Positions 12,270 to 27,225 are shown, numbered from the stretch's first letter. The stretch: DNA of 64,000 nucleotides from Eledone cirrhosa (GCA_964016885.1 OZ024742.1:315084001-315148000); one strand, 5' to 3'. The notes: generated by a model from the letters alone, not told the origin. A program made the numbers and translations.

Positions 12270-12890
12270 ACAATTTTGGAATGCTTTACATATTTTTACT
12301 GTTCCATTAATGGATTGTACTTGTAATTTCCTAAGTAGTTGTGTTCTTTCGGTCCTGTGAAGCCTAGCTTCTCAAGATTTGTATTGAGGCAGTTACTAAT
12401 ATACTCCAGTGCCCCAATAATCACAGGCATAAATCTGAAGGTGTAATCTAGAGTGGAGTATGTGCAGATTTCTCATCAGTTCTGCATAAATATTCTCCTT
12501 TTCGCTAATCTTTGATATTATATTGGCATCTGCTGGACAGCTAATTTCCACTACTGTGCATGCTTTCTTTTTCCTGTCCCATATCATAATATCTGGTCTG
12601 TTATGCCTGCATTTTATTGGAGTTTTTACTGGAACATTCCACCAGTACTCTTTCATATTATGTATATGGATGTCTTCCACATTGCTGTAGCTTTTAATGT
12701 GTTTATTATCGGGACCATCTTTTCTACGGATTGCATTGTACAGTGTTTTTGCCACTACATCATGCTTCATAGGTAGATAGTACCGCGATGACATCTTTGG
12801 ACAGCTGGTGATGACATGGGTTACATCTTCGATGTTAATTCTGCATAGTCTGCACTTGTTATTACATCTAGGTGTTTCGCCTCCATCCCT
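12270..12890 (-). pseudogene. R4/Dong-like non-LTR retrotransposon 3' fragment (CCHC knuckle + restriction-like endonuclease)
   Basis: CRLCRINIEDVTHVITSC, KHDVVAK, NRPDIMIWD..VVEISCP..KISEKENIY, then PVIIGAL after a frameshift. Confidence 0.85.
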
Positions 12891-12901
12891 ATGTATGTAT
12901 G

Positions 12902-12952
<51 letters not shown>

Positions 12953-14041
12953 CAACAGAAACGTAATGAGTAGATTAAAGAAAATATAAAATTGGAAAGC
13001 CTGGAGTAAAAATGTAGCTCAACATTTCTGACTGAAATCATTCATTGTTATGTACTCACACTATAACGATATCTTTTTTGAAGTCTGACAGAAAGTGTAT
13101 TATCAAATATTATTAGAGGGACGGAATTAAACTACCATAAAACTATCATATATTTATGGTTAATCTGGAAAATATTAACAAGTTTGATGGTTGAGGAAAA
13201 GATTGAAATAGAATATCAAAATACCGGGAAGCAGCGAGAATAATGAAAAAGACTATGTTTATGTGATGATCAATAAAAGAAGCTTTAGCTATGAGATGGA
13301 TGAATTACAACAAGCTACATCACATTATACCCTCTTGTATTTAAATAGAGTGCCTGAAAATATATGGTGGAATACAGAATACAGAATACAGTAAATAGAA
13401 CGAGTAAATTGAATTGTAGGCAGAGCGTCACTGTTAAATTCAAGTGGCAATATATAATTCCCAAAATGTTCATTATTAAAATTTACATTTATTGTTGAAT
13501 AGATCCTTCAGCTTTAAATATTGCATAAGAAAACAGATATGTAGTTCAAGTAGGGACATAAATTAACTATATTATTTGTAAATGAAGTTAAACATTTGTC
13601 AAATTGACAGAAAGACTGTTAGAAAATGTATAAGTCATACGGGTAGAAGTTTAGTTTACTCAAGTGAATCATAATTATGAAAATTGAAACCACGGGATGT
13701 GATTAATAAAAGTAGATAAAATATATAAGTGTGTGTGTGTTTCATAGTAATTTAGAGAAACAGAAAGAAACAGAGACGAGAATATACAAGAAAGGCTATA
13801 AAGAACTGAAAGGATCAACAGCTGGGCAGTATCAATCTATGATTTTATGCAGCTTCTCCTCAGAAACCGAAGAATAACGTGAAATGGATATATGCACCAG
13901 AAAGTTGCTGCCAATACCCAATAGTATAAATCTAAATACCCAGAGAAATAGATTCCCACACGCACGAAGCGTTATTAAGAGGCTCCAGGGTTCACATACT
14001 GTGATAGTACTATAATTAGTTTTACCTCTCAACGTTCTAAT

Positions 14042-14262
14042 TTCAAATCCCATCGGGGATGATCTTGTATTTGTTACTCCTAGATCGATAAATGCTTTTG
14101 TTTTCTAGTAATATGTTAAGTTGAGTGAATACTATATATTTCAACTAAGTATCTGAAGCTTAGTTGAAATATATAGTCGATTCAATCAACCTAGTATATT
14201 ATTAGAAAATATGTATCTGCTTAAGAGAAAAGAATACAAGATCGATACCGATATGGTTTGAA
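14042..14262. repeat. Imperfect ~220-bp palindrome
   Basis: Perfect 19-bp inner arms 14131-14149 / 14159-14177; degraded outer arms. Confidence 0.8.
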
Positions 14263-14414
14263 GCCGTTTTAAAATGTCAGAGATCAATTGCCATAATATT
14301 TGCACAAAACGCCATTTTAAACGCATTTTTCAGCAATAAGTTTGACCGATGCCTTATGAGCGGAATATAACAGGCGAAAAGATTTTTTAAGCATGTCATA
14401 TATAAACACAAAAA

Positions 14415-14834
<420 letters not shown>

Positions 14835-15039
14835 TGTGTGTGTAGGTGAATATAGGATGTGTGTGTGTAATGGGTTTGTATGTATATATATATACATATG
14901 TGTATGTGCGTTTATATGTATATTGATGTATGTTTGTTTGTCTCTATTTACATATAACAATATACAGAAATCGATAAATAAAATGACCAGATCGTAAAAT
15001 ATACTGGGTCGATATGCTTGACTTATCTTTATGTCGACG

Positions 15040-15200
15040 CAACACGGTGGAATGGTTAAAACGTTTACGTCACAATCATAAAGTCTGGGGTACAACCCTA
15101 TTACATGGCATCTTGGTCAAGTGGCTTTCCCATATCGTCATTTCCACCTAATTATTTAAGTGTATTGTATTTGGGTAGCCGGAAGCTGTGTAGAAGCCCG
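15040..15200 (+). mobile_element. Third, old SINE family (similar copy at ~45745-45890)
   Basis: Degenerate tRNA-like head, CTTGGTCAAGTG, GGTAGCCGGAAGCTGTGTAGAAGCCCG. Confidence 0.5.
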
Positions 15201-15613
15201 ACAAAGGGTCTACACTGTAATATACAAAAACCAACTGAATATTTAAAGGCACAGGCTATTAATTTCACATTGTATTAATTTCACGAGCAAGATGTTATGT
15301 TGATCAGCCCTCGTCACACCCTATGCATGAACATTCCATATATAGTTTATTCTATTTAATAAGCTGAAAGTATATAGGGTTCTTTTTTTAGATACGGAAA
15401 GTGTTTTGCTCTTCAAAAATTAACAAAAAATTAACGAAAATAAACCATATTCACAGTGCAGCAGTTGGAGCTATTATGTGTATACATACAAGTTATTCTG
15501 TGTATACATACAAGTTATTCTGTGTATACATACAAGTTATTTTGTGTATACATGCACAAAACTTTACGCACCATGTTTATGTGTACTATGTATTCATGCA
15601 CTATATATTAATG

Positions 15614-15722
<109 letters not shown>

Positions 15723-16509
15723 ATCGGTTGTTGTATATCTATTTAATAGCATAAATTTATTCCTTTGAAATAGTCAAACATTCCTCAGATTATATATGCT
15801 AGATAATAGTTTAGCAACTTCTATAATGAGCAACTTTGACTTCCTCAATTCACTATATTAGATACAAGATCGATAACAAATTATTACAAATGAAAATCTA
15901 AAAAAAAATACATAGAATAAATTTGAAATACTCTTAAGCAATATGTATTTTGCCTTGTTGAGATATTAATTACATTAAAATGTACACTTACTTTTATTGA
16001 TGTAATGAAACAAATTACTAAAGCACGAAGCAATTTTAGAATAAATAGATTATAAACGCGGCTAATGAAACTTCCAGATAAATATATGTAAACATATGTA
16101 TGCATATTTCTACACCTTTTTGCATGATTATAACTATAAATAAGCTTATACACAAATATGTATACTTTTTTTCATATCTATATGTAAATGTATTCATGTA
16201 TGTATATGTACTTATGAATCTACGTAAGCATCTATATATGTATTTGTGTGTATGTATGAATGTAAGTATGAACGTACATAGCTATATATGTATGTGCATG
16301 TAAAAATGTAAAGCTATGTTACTGAAGCAAATCAATATACAAGTAGATTGAGGCATACGTCAATTAAACAATTTCTTATTGATGGAATGCACATGTCTAA
16401 GTATGAGCAATACATAAATATGATTATAGACATACGATGTGGTATCAGAAACTTCTCAAGCAAGGCTGAAGGAACGGAACACTAGTACTGCACTATATAA
16501 TGTATAATG

Positions 16510-16566
<57 letters not shown>

Positions 16567-16610
16567 TTCAAAATATTAACAAAAATAGAACTTCATTGTG
16601 ATCAAGTATA

Positions 16611-16673
16611 TTTTATTATACATATTTCAAAGGTACTGAGCTAACTTCAGCAGTACGTCCTCATCAGATAAAA
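16611..16673 (-). ncRNA. Hammerhead ribozyme (family E), left arm of palindrome
   Basis: Exact reverse complement of 16791-16853. Confidence 0.75.
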
Positions 16674-16790
16674 TAAAATAATGCATGACATACCCTGACA
16701 TAGTAGATGGTTAAGATCCAGTCATTGTAATCACTACCATGACTGGATCTTAACCATCTACTATGTCAGGGTATGTCATGCATTATTTTA

Positions 16791-16853
16791 TTTTATCTGA
16801 TGAGGACGTACTGCTGAAGTTAGCTCAGTACCTTTGAAATATGTATAATAAAA
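16791..16853 (+). ncRNA. Hammerhead ribozyme (family E), right arm of palindrome
   Basis: TTTTAT-CTGATGA-GGACGTACTG..CAGTACCTTT-GAAATATGTATA^ATAAAA. Confidence 0.75.
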
Positions 16854-17069
16854 TATACTTGATCACAATGAAGTACTATTTCTGTTAATATTTTGAATGA
16901 ATATTAATAACTCCGGAAAACTACTGTTGAGTGCTTCCTATCTAATGTAAAACTAATTCTTTGATTTATTCATCGAACCTTGTTTAACCTTTAAATATAT
17001 ATATATATACTTATGTATTTGCTAGCATTAGTGTACAACTGTACGCATATGTTAGTAGATATACTAAAT

Positions 17070-17209
<140 letters not shown>

Positions 17210-17459
17210 TTAATAATAATAAATTTCAAGACTAAAATCCAAAGAGGGCTCGATAAGGATAAATATATATCAAATATATAAGAACCGTAGAGCAAATTTT
17301 TATTAACATAACAGATTAAAGTTTAAGCAAAGAATCGTAGCTTTCACCCTTAACGGGATCTTCTGAAACTAACAAAGTGAATCTGTAAACGCAGAAGTGG
17401 TTATTTCAAAAAACGTTGCAACCGGAGGAAGACAGGAAGACGATACTTTGGTTCGTGGG

Positions 17460-17720
17460 AACGTTCGCTGGCAAAGAACGGGAAAAAACGAATAAGATAC
17501 GTCATTAATAGGAGCGGTGAAAAACAATTACGTGCAAAGACAGAACTACGTTTATGGTATAAAAGAGGTCGTAGACTAATGTTCCCTTAGGTGGTTCATA
17601 GAGACGTTCTCTGGCAATGAACGAAAAAAACGAAGATAATACGTCATATGTGGAGCGTGGAGAACAATAGCACGCAAAGACAAAACCACGTAAATGGTAT
17701 AGCAGAAGTCGTAAACTAAA
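17460..17720. repeat. Diverged ~140-bp tandem duplication in the PLE 3' region
   Basis: ACGTTCGCTGGCAAAGAACG...GTCGTAGACTAA (17461-17579) versus ACGTTCTCTGGCAATGAACG...GTCGTAAACTAA (17604-17719). Confidence 0.75.
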
Positions 17721-18329
17721 ATGCTAACTAGGAGACCGAATGAATCTCCGCTACAGAGTTAAGAACAAAGTAAATAAATACAATACAGAAGTAATAGAAA
17801 TAAATAAATACATTCACGCAAACAAATACGTACATACGCAAGCATATGCAAAACACTTACCATAGGTATACAAAAGCACGCACATATAAATATGTTATGT
17901 GTGTGTGTGTGTATGCGTGTATACAAATAAATAAATAAATAATTATATAAAGGTATATAAATAAATAAATACGTAAATAACAAGCGCACACACATACCTA
18001 CATGTAAATACACGAATGTTCGGAGACGTAAGTCAACCAAAACATGAAGTACACATATACACACACCCTACATACGTACGAACCTGCATACTCACACAGA
18101 CGCAAAACTCCCGTATACACATAGCCAAACCATATGTACCAGAATAAAAAAAATATAAAAAAGTTTATACGCCATAACATAAACAATCAAATATACGTAC
18201 GAGAAGGTATACGTACCTTCACGAAACATACGGGTAATATATACTTACCTATGCAAATAAGTAAGGGTATAAACAAAACATATACTTAGCTCCCACATCA
18301 AGACGTAAAATATCCACGTATAGATCGTA

Positions 18330-20030
18330 CTATCCATTAGGGTATAACGTGGGGTTGTAATACAGGAAAGTTTTGTGCAATTTATGTTTACAAGCCGAAA
18401 TTGCCTCAGATTTTTTGTTTAAGATGTGGTCTGTGGCGTAGAGTATTTCCAGGGCCTGAGCGGCGCAGAGGTCACAAGGTCTTTTATTTCCGTTATACGA
18501 TCTAGCCCTAGCTAGGATCTCCCAGTGTAACTTATATTGGGTGTGGTTGTCTTTTAGACTCCAGATATAAGCTGAAAGTGACGTCATATTCCTTCTGAGA
18601 GGGTAACGAAAAGAATGGGTATGCGTGTAAAGACGCTGCTTGAATCTATTGGCGGTTAACCCTATGTAGGCCCTACGGGACGTGGGTGTTACAACCTTAC
18701 ATTTGTAGACAATGTTACTAAAGAGGCATTTCCCGGATAGGGGGCAATCAACCCGATTCCTACAATTATAGTTAGTACTAACTACGGGGTTGCACGTGTT
18801 CCTACGGCTAGGTAGTTTAGCTAAATTTGAAGCTGTGATGTTATGTGCAAGGTTAGGAGTCGTAGAGTAAGAAATTTTAATAGTATTTCTATTAAAAATT
18901 TTACTATATTTATGTGTAGGGGGAAAATGCTTCGTAATAAGGGAAAGAAAGATTTTAGCTAATGGTGTGGCCACCTCCATATTATATGGTGGGTTATACC
19001 AACAAATGCGACGGGATCTATTTCTTCTAGGTCTATTTTCGTACTCTGTATATGCTACCTTATCGACAAATCCACTTCGAGCAAGAGCTTCATTGTAATA
19101 AGTGGAATGGTCGTTGAAAATACGCTCGTTGGTGGAAAGACGGGAAAGCCTCAACGAAACGTTTCTTACTAGGTTCTTGGTTATGCTGGCAGGGTGGTTG
19201 GAATGCTTACTTATGTAATTAAGCGTATCATTCGGCTTTCTATACGGGTAATACAACCCATTCAATAAATTGAGGGTAACGTCAAGGTAATTAATGACCG
19301 AGAGATTGGCCTCAACCTGTATAGAGAGGTTGAAGCCTTTAAAGAAGGCTGTGAGTTCTTTTCTGAACCTGTCGCAAGCACGAGGTCCGCACTTAGTCAT
19401 GGTCAAAAGACCATCGTCACGGTACAAGCCACCGCCCGCGTTGGGGAATTCGTCCTTGATAGAGAAAAGAAGGAAAAGGCCAATAAGATCAGTAACCTCC
19501 TTAGAATCACTAGCGCCCATGCTCACGTCGAATGGTATGCTATTGGATTTGTTAATCCAAATAGAGTCGTCGAAATTAATCACCGACTTTCGGGCATTGA
19601 GGATGACATCAACTTCGAAATCTTTAACCACTGTGAGTGTTTTAGCGAAATTGATAGCTCTAAGGAGAAGTGGTAAAGTGATGGAGGAGTAGTAATTGTT
19701 GATGTCGAATTGGATAAAACGGCAATGTTCCTTGTTACATATGCCGTTGAACCAATCAATCACCGCGAAAGAATTGTTCCACCGTGCAAGAGGGGTAAAC
19801 TTCTAATTTCAGGTATAATTCTATCAAGAATCGTTTTACTAAGTCTACCTAAATCGGACTTCGTAGGGTTAATAAGCCGAATAGAGGGCTTGTTCGGAAA
19901 ATTGGATTTGTGATCCTTCAGGGTAAAGTGGGGAGAAATAGGGTCCAGAGCTTCAGTCCGGTCCAGGATGTTGAGATCAGATGTGATTTTAAACCCAGCA
20001 TCGTTGATTTCATTGATATAGTCCTCGATT
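18330..20030 (-). pseudogene. PLE reverse transcriptase + GIY-YIG endonuclease; open 477-aa frame 18330-19763, frameshift near 19795, N-terminus missing
   Basis: RT motifs FIQFDINNYYSSI, FDVSMGASD, GLYRDDGL; linker WYNPPY..KHFP..KIFNRNTIKISYS; CR...CPLSGKC; IVYKCKV..AYIG..FKQR; CDLC. An upstream frame gives TLKDHKSNFPNKPSIRLINPTKSDLGRLSK. Confidence 0.92.
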
Positions 20031-20061
20031 TCACCTAACGAAATCTGATCACTTCTATATA

Positions 20062-20114
<53 letters not shown>

Positions 20115-20115
20115 G

Positions 20116-20187
<72 letters not shown>

Positions 20188-20433
20188 GGACTTATGCCCG
20201 AAACCTCGTCCCCCACTTCCCACTCTCAAGCTTTAACCTAATACTAACACTGTACTGCACTCTTCGTTATTGTTTTTGTTTTTTTTTAACTTATATATAT
20301 ATGAAGGCCATATTTGTTTATACTTACCTGAAAGAAAACTGTGCGTGTGGATGTGCAGGTGCACAATCTAAACCACATGCATATTTGAAAACCGGCGGTA
20401 TTAACCTCTAAGTATTGAAGATAAAAGCTATAA

Positions 20434-20592
<159 letters not shown>

Positions 20593-20837
20593 CGACACGA
20601 TCCTATTTTTATAAGTCTCCTTGTAGAGGTACACAGTGATGCAAGCTCGTCTTCAAGGTTTTAAAGGAACCGCCGCGGAAGTCCTTTTCCTGAAGGCTGT
20701 CTAAAGATACCCGATACCTCTTCAGTTTATGTTTTAGTTAAGGTCTGTTCTGGTTTTCCGTGAGATTGCCTTCGCAAGCTCTATAACCAATTCCTATTCT
20801 GTGAGACAGCTGATGGATTGTTAATTGAGTTTGAAAA

Positions 20838-20980
20838 TAATTGTTTCTACTTTAGGCATAAGGCCAGCAAATAACCAGTACATTACTGGTACTTTATTTT
20901 ATCGACCCCGTAAGGCTGAAAGGTAAAGTTAACCTCGACGGGATTTGAACTCAGACCATAAAGGGACGTAACTATGCTAG
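20838..20980 (-). mobile_element. Same SINE family, 5'-truncated
   Basis: Reverse-complement core and tail. Confidence 0.85.
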
Positions 20981-22301
20981 AAACACTCATCATTTTCAAC
21001 CTGCACTCGATTAGTAATGAAATGCTCATGCAACTTAAAAACATGTTTTTCCTTTTGTAGTGTTGGTGTTGGTGTAGTTGTTAGTACCTTACTTTAGTTG
21101 AGTTGGGTTTTTATTTTTTGTTATAGTGATGGTCGCGGTGGTGTTGAAAAGTCATTTACCAAACAACTGAACAATTAACAGAATACCAACTATGTCTAGA
21201 TTCATGTTAATTTGATGCCAAAAATGTTACTCGAAAGTGTTCCTCAATTCTGAAGCTTTTGTTAACATGATAGGACAACGTTACAAAGCCTCGCGTAACA
21301 ATTAAACATAACTAGATAGCACGGAGCCTGTTTGTAAACTGAACAAATGTAAATGTAATAAACGAATATATAACTTAATATTCACGATCATTGATATTTA
21401 AATGGAAAGTTTCCTGTAAACATACATTTACTTTTCCACAACCAAGCTTATGTTCACAGTAAATACATATAAATTCATGATTTTGATGATTTTCTGCTAT
21501 TTTTAACTTTTAATTATTGCAGCCTCAAGGATTGTTATTATTGTTATTTGTTTTGTATGGCTGTTTTGGGGATTATTTAATCATGATTTTGCAATATTTG
21601 TAAATATACTAAGTTGTTTATCTAAGCTACGTGCCCCAAATGTTATTGTCTCGAAAATTTTAATCACAAATTTAATTTAGTTCTTTGCAATGATTTAATT
21701 TTAGGTTAAGCATGTTTCTAAAAGCCCATTGCACATTAGGGAAGTATTTCTCCTTTCCATATAATTTTATATTCATAAACTGAGTGACCCTGGCATTCAT
21801 GATGTTGCACAATGTCAAATATCAGAATACAGCAGTACAGCAAATATCTTATACGTAGAATTAGAACAGTTCTTCTATGTTAGTTACTATATATAGAAGG
21901 TTATTGGCTATCAACTTTCTGGCGGAAGATTTGGATGATATCCTCTGATATTCTTTTATTAACTATAGCTAGATAGGATCCACATTTTTTCATCATTATT
22001 TGTATGTATCAATTGTAATTATCAGTGGTAGTTATCAGCCTACTCTTCATGAAATGTTACAGAGCCAAAACTTATTAAACAATGGGGAGGGGTTAGTGAC
22101 TTGATATAAATCTCAATATTGCAGATAAACATTTCTATATGAATTGCCATGTGTACATTTTCAGATCTGAAATTATTGGTAACAAATGTCTTGCTTCTAT
22201 ATAAATATATTTATAATATTCAAGTCATTCTCACACATAAATTCACACATTGGGGTTGTTAGTTTTAGTATATATATATATAAATGTATTCATGATTGAA
22301 T

Positions 22302-22737
22302 AATTGTTTCTAGATTTGGCCCAAGGCCAGCAATTACCCAGTGCATTACTGGTACTTTATTTTATCGACACCGTAAGGATGAAAGGAAAAGGTAACCTCG
22401 GCGGGATTTGAACTCAGACGTAAAGGGATGTAACTATGCTGGAAAGCATGGCCTCCGACCCTCTACCAATACTGCCAATCCACGCCCTTCATGATTGAAT
22501 AATAATATTATAACAATAATAATATTATTAATTTATCATCACGAATACATGGGGGGGATTAGAAGTATCGGTAGAGCGTCGGACGCCATTCTTTGCATGG
22601 AGTTACGGCCCTTTACGGTCTGAGTTCAAATCCAGCCGAGGTTAACTTTGCCTTTCATCCTTACGGGGTCGATGAAATAAAGTACCAGTAATGTACTGGG
22701 ATAAATCCTGGCCTTGTGCCAAAAGTAGAAACAATTA
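22302..22737. mobile_element. Two divergently oriented SINE copies (22302-22487 minus; 22552-22737 plus)
   Basis: Both full length; the first has TSD TTCATGATTGAATAAT. Confidence 0.88.
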
Positions 22738-23640
22738 TTATATTTTCACACATTGATGGTAGAAACACACACCTCAAGTTGACCTAAGTAGGATTTGAAC
22801 TCAGGTGGTAAAGGGAGGTAATTGAATAATGGAAGGTTTGCCTCCTGATTGAACCAAGGTGTCTTCCTGTCACCCGCCGGTATACCGATCTTCTTTCGCT
22901 TCACTATTTAACATTGAAGCAAAAACTGCCGCGCTGAATTTTCTTGAATTCATGTAGCAGATAAGTAGATGATGATCAGCTGACATTCAGCCCCTTATTT
23001 AACACGAACATCCAGCACAAGATCGAATAACAGAAACAATAAAAATCAATTACTGACCTCTGTTCCCGATTTCCATTATGTATACTTATGGAAACCTTTG
23101 TATTGAAGAAAGGCATTCAGTTTTATTGTCATTCAGTTTTATTCTCACTGCTTATTTTAAGTAACCTAGCGGCTTTTCCTATACACAATGCACAGTGTGG
23201 AACACCAAATTAACTTGTGAATACCAATGACTACAAATTAGGTAGCTTCATGTATTGCATTTATTTCTCTTCCATGTTCTATTATTTACCTTTTGTTCTT
23301 GAATTCACTCTATTGTCTTTTATATCGATATGTTCTTCTTGCTTAACCCCCCTCCCATTTTGTCACCTCTACACTATGCTACTGGCAATTAGTGATTTGC
23401 CACAGTACACTTTTCTATCTTTCGTTTCACCAGCTAGTAGTTCGATGTCCAAGAATACAACCAGTAATGCTTGATTACGCTTCATATTCTCGTATTTTTT
23501 TCTGATAATTCTTGAATGAAGATATGTCTGTGAAAGTAATTGTGAGTTACTTTCACAGACAGTGAGTTGTTTCAACATAGCCGTCCATATATTTTCTGCC
23601 GTGAGTGAGAGGAAGAAGAGAGTGTACATGTAAGTATATA

Positions 23641-23830
23641 TAATTGTTTCTACTTTTGGCACAAGGCCAGCAATTACTCAGTGCATTACTGGTACTTTAT
23701 TTTATCGACCCCGTAAGGATGAAAGGCAAAGTTAACCTCGGCGGGATTTGAACTCAGATCATAAAGGGAGGTAACTCTATGCTTCAAAGCATGGTGTCCG
23801 ACCCTCTACCGATACTGCCAATCGATCGCC
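23641..23830 (-). mobile_element. Same SINE family, full length
   Basis: Reverse-complement match to 497-681. Confidence 0.88.
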
Positions 23831-24159
23831 TTATGATAGATGACCATATACATATAAGCTCACTATTGTCTCAACATAACCTTCCATATATTTTCTGCCA
23901 CCAACCCTTACAACTTATAGCTTCTCCTTATCTTGTCGTGACTTTTACTTGTCTGGGGGACCCTTTGAATGTGGGTTAAACTCCAGGATAACAGGTTATT
24001 GGAAAAAAACAAAATATATTACGCTCCACTATACGAGTATTGAATAGTTTTTAGCTTGTTCGTTATACATACACACGCAAACACACACATATACCCATAT
24101 ATATATACATACATATACAATCACACACGCACACACACACACACACACACCCACACATA

Positions 24160-24192
<33 letters not shown>

Positions 24193-24400
24193 AACAAAGA
24201 TGGCGTGAAAAGATACCAGGTGTACCATGACGCACCAGAGTACTCGATACTTAGGGTAGTAGAGAGGGTAATAGGAAAAGAGTCAGGACCCCGACGGCTG
24301 AGCTCCGGCCGTTTCGACAGCTAGATCCGAACTCTAGCTGTTCGGATCTAGCTATCGAAACGGCTGGCCGGAGCTCAGCCGCCGGGGTACCGACTCTTTT

Positions 24401-24403
<3 letters not shown>
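24193..24403 (-). mobile_element. Family A fold-back element (diverged subfamily)
   Basis: Tail plus palindrome 24274-24402 centred on CCGAAC-TCTAGCT-GTTCGG; (TA)n on both sides. Confidence 0.85.
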
Positions 24404-24490
<87 letters not shown>

Positions 24491-24926
24491 GGGTTGTGTG
24501 TGCGTGTGTGTATATGTATATATAAAACCTCACACGAAACTATCACTTGTCCATTTTTATCTGTTTGGCTGGAGGGAATATAGTTGAAGAAGATAATGTT
24601 ACACAACAAAGGCATTGTTAATTGGAATACAGCCAAAAAGAAAACGAAGGTGTCAGCCTAGATAGTACGAGAAATTGACTTAATATAATAAGTGAGGAGA
24701 TTATCCGAGGAACTAACATTTTAAAAAAGACAATACATGACTGTATAATATGAGGTTCTAGTATTAAGGGTCCTGGTTTATTTATATAGGAACTGGTGGA
24801 TGGTATAACATCCATGAGCATGGTTGGTCTCACTTGGGCATCTAGCCGGGTCAATTGCAGACGGTTGCTTCTGACAGGACCTGCTCGATAGAGTACTTCA
24901 GGACTCTGTGTCCTCACCACCCTCCC

Positions 24927-25100
<174 letters not shown>

Positions 25101-25128
25101 TACTACTAGTAGTACTGATGTTGATGAT

Positions 25129-25179
25129 GACTCCTACAGGACAAGAACTATTTCATTCATAAGAAATCATCAGGAAAAT
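25129..25179 (-). ncRNA. Hammerhead ribozyme motif (family B, isolated copy)
   Basis: Minus TTTTC-CTGATGA-TTTC-TTAT-GAAT-GAAATAG-TTCTTGTC-CTGTA^GGAG; homologous to 56308-56358. Confidence 0.65.
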
Positions 25180-25280
25180 CAGGCAATTTTTGTTATCTTA
25201 ATATTTATAGTTTTCTTGGAATGGGTATTGGGAGAGGTGATAAGGAGGGGTTAATATCGGGGGGCGGTAGTGAGTCAGAG

Positions 25281-25311
<31 letters not shown>

Positions 25312-25608
25312 TTATTCATATTATGAGTGCTACTTTGCTTCTTTTTGTTTTTTGTTTGTTTTGCAGGACAGGCATAGGTTATATATTTCTTATTTATAGA
25401 AGCCGTCTAAAGAATTGAGTTGTGAAATCCTTTTCTTGTTTGAGTTTATTTAAGGCTGTCTGTATATAATATATATAGTCTCCCAAAAATGTATACACAC
25501 TTCAAGAGCATTGTAATAAGTATTGCTTGTACAGGTAATCTAAGTGTGTATACGTTTGAGGAGGACACCCAGTATCTCTCTCCCTCTCTCTCTCTATATA
25601 TATATATA

Positions 25609-26031
25609 ACGAAGGAAGTGTGGTAAGGAACCAGATGGACCATATCGCACCAGAGTACTCAATACTTAGGGTAGTAGAGTGGGTAATAGGAAAATGTTCA
25701 AGACCCCGACAGCACAGCAGAGCTCAAGCCGTTTCGACGGCTGTTTCTGAGTCCAGAAACGGCCGTCGAAACGGCTTGAGCTCTGCCGTCGGGATCTTGA
25801 ACATCATTTTCCTATATATATATATATATATATATATATAACAAAGGAATTGTGGCAAGGAACCAGATGGACCATAACGCAGCAGAGTACGCAATACTTA
25901 AGGTAGTAGAGTGGGAAATACGAAAAAGTATGACCCCGACGGCAGAGCTCAAGCCGTTTCGACGGCTATTTCTGGACGCCAGAAATAGCCGTCGAAACGG
26001 CTTGAGCTCTGCCGTCGGGGTCATACTTTTT

Positions 26032-26034
<3 letters not shown>
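25609..26034 (-). mobile_element. Two tandem family A fold-back elements separated by (TA)n
   Basis: 25609-25813 and 25841-26034; the second has perfect ~54-bp arms (25922-26032) around a 3-nt loop. Confidence 0.9.
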
Positions 26035-26086
<52 letters not shown>

Positions 26087-26712
26087 GGAAAAAATGAAAC
26101 GATATTTCATTTCCCACTCTTAGTACGGCTGTTACTTAAATATAAGTATGTACACGTACATACATATATGTATATTCAAACAAGTAGTTAACGGGAAAGA
26201 TGGGACAGCGCAACACATATGGATGTGTGTGTGTGTGCGTGTGTGTGTGTGTTGTGGGTGCATGTAGATGTGGGTGCATGTTGACGTAGGTCTGTGTGTG
26301 CAGGTGTGCGTAGCTGTGCAGAGGGTGTGCGGATGAAGTGTATGTGCTTGCGTGTGTATGTACATATGTATACAGGGATATGTAGATGTATCTTAAGATA
26401 CGGCATGAAATATAGTAGTTAAAATGGTGCAGACATAACAATGTAAGATGAATAAAGTGTATTAGGCAAAAGCTTTAAATTTTAAAAAGTGCATTATTGC
26501 AAGCATAAGTTATTATTAGAGAGAATTTACAACAATGACTATTTATATACTACTGTGAGTGGGTATCTGGTGTTTGTAAGATTTGCGCATGCGTGCATAC
26601 CTATATAGTGAGAAGGAAAATTATGAATAAGACGAGATAAAACATTTCTCTATTCACTTGTATGACTATACCTGTTTATCAGTTAAGGCGTTATTTTATT
26701 TTTATATTTGCC

Positions 26713-26764
<52 letters not shown>

Positions 26765-26893
26765 AGGGAGAAAGAGACGATTATGAGGAAGAAAAATTTT
26801 TTTTTTCCTTTTTTGTCTCTCTCTCTTTTTTTTCTTGGTTATATATATATACATATGTGTGTGTGATTATATATATATATATATATATATAAT

Positions 26894-26925
<32 letters not shown>

Positions 26926-27225
26926 CTATATACTGAGTGCATACATACATAATTCTAATAGTATAGCTTATTGGCCTTTACCAGTAAGTCTGACGATGAA
27001 GATATAAACATACCAAGCAGGTTGGCGCTGGAAAAACATGTCTGATGTAAAAAAAAACACTATTCATATAGCAACTAGCTGTTGACCAATTGCATTTTCG
27101 TGGAAGATATTACACACATTGTTAATTGCTGTCCAAAAATGTCTTTAAGGTACTAGTTTCCAATATATCTTGATGTGACTAAAGCCATATGTAAAGCGTT
27201 CTCTAAGAAGTCCTATCCTTGATAA

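Larger units (their letters stand above)
16561..16995 (+). mobile_element. Family E fold-back element: ~165-bp near-perfect inverted repeat + tail
   Basis: Arms 16561-16725 and 16739-16903; (TA)n on both sides; single-arm homologue at ~59985-60155. Confidence 0.9.

Noticed and set aside
19294-19913. Plus-strand ORFs of 132 and 67 aa
   Set aside because: Antisense shadows of the PLE RT.
20320-20410. ATACTTACCTG, identical to the U1 snRNA 5' end
   Set aside because: Downstream sequence does not resemble U1; at most a minus-strand splice donor of an unsupported exon.
20645-20730. Minus-strand CTGAAGA-GGT...ACC
   Set aside because: No convincing GAAA/stem III; not callable.
25609-26034. CRISPR-like repeat/spacer appearance
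   Set aside because: Eukaryotic context; units are ~200-bp palindromic elements separated by TA tracts, with no unique spacers or cas genes.
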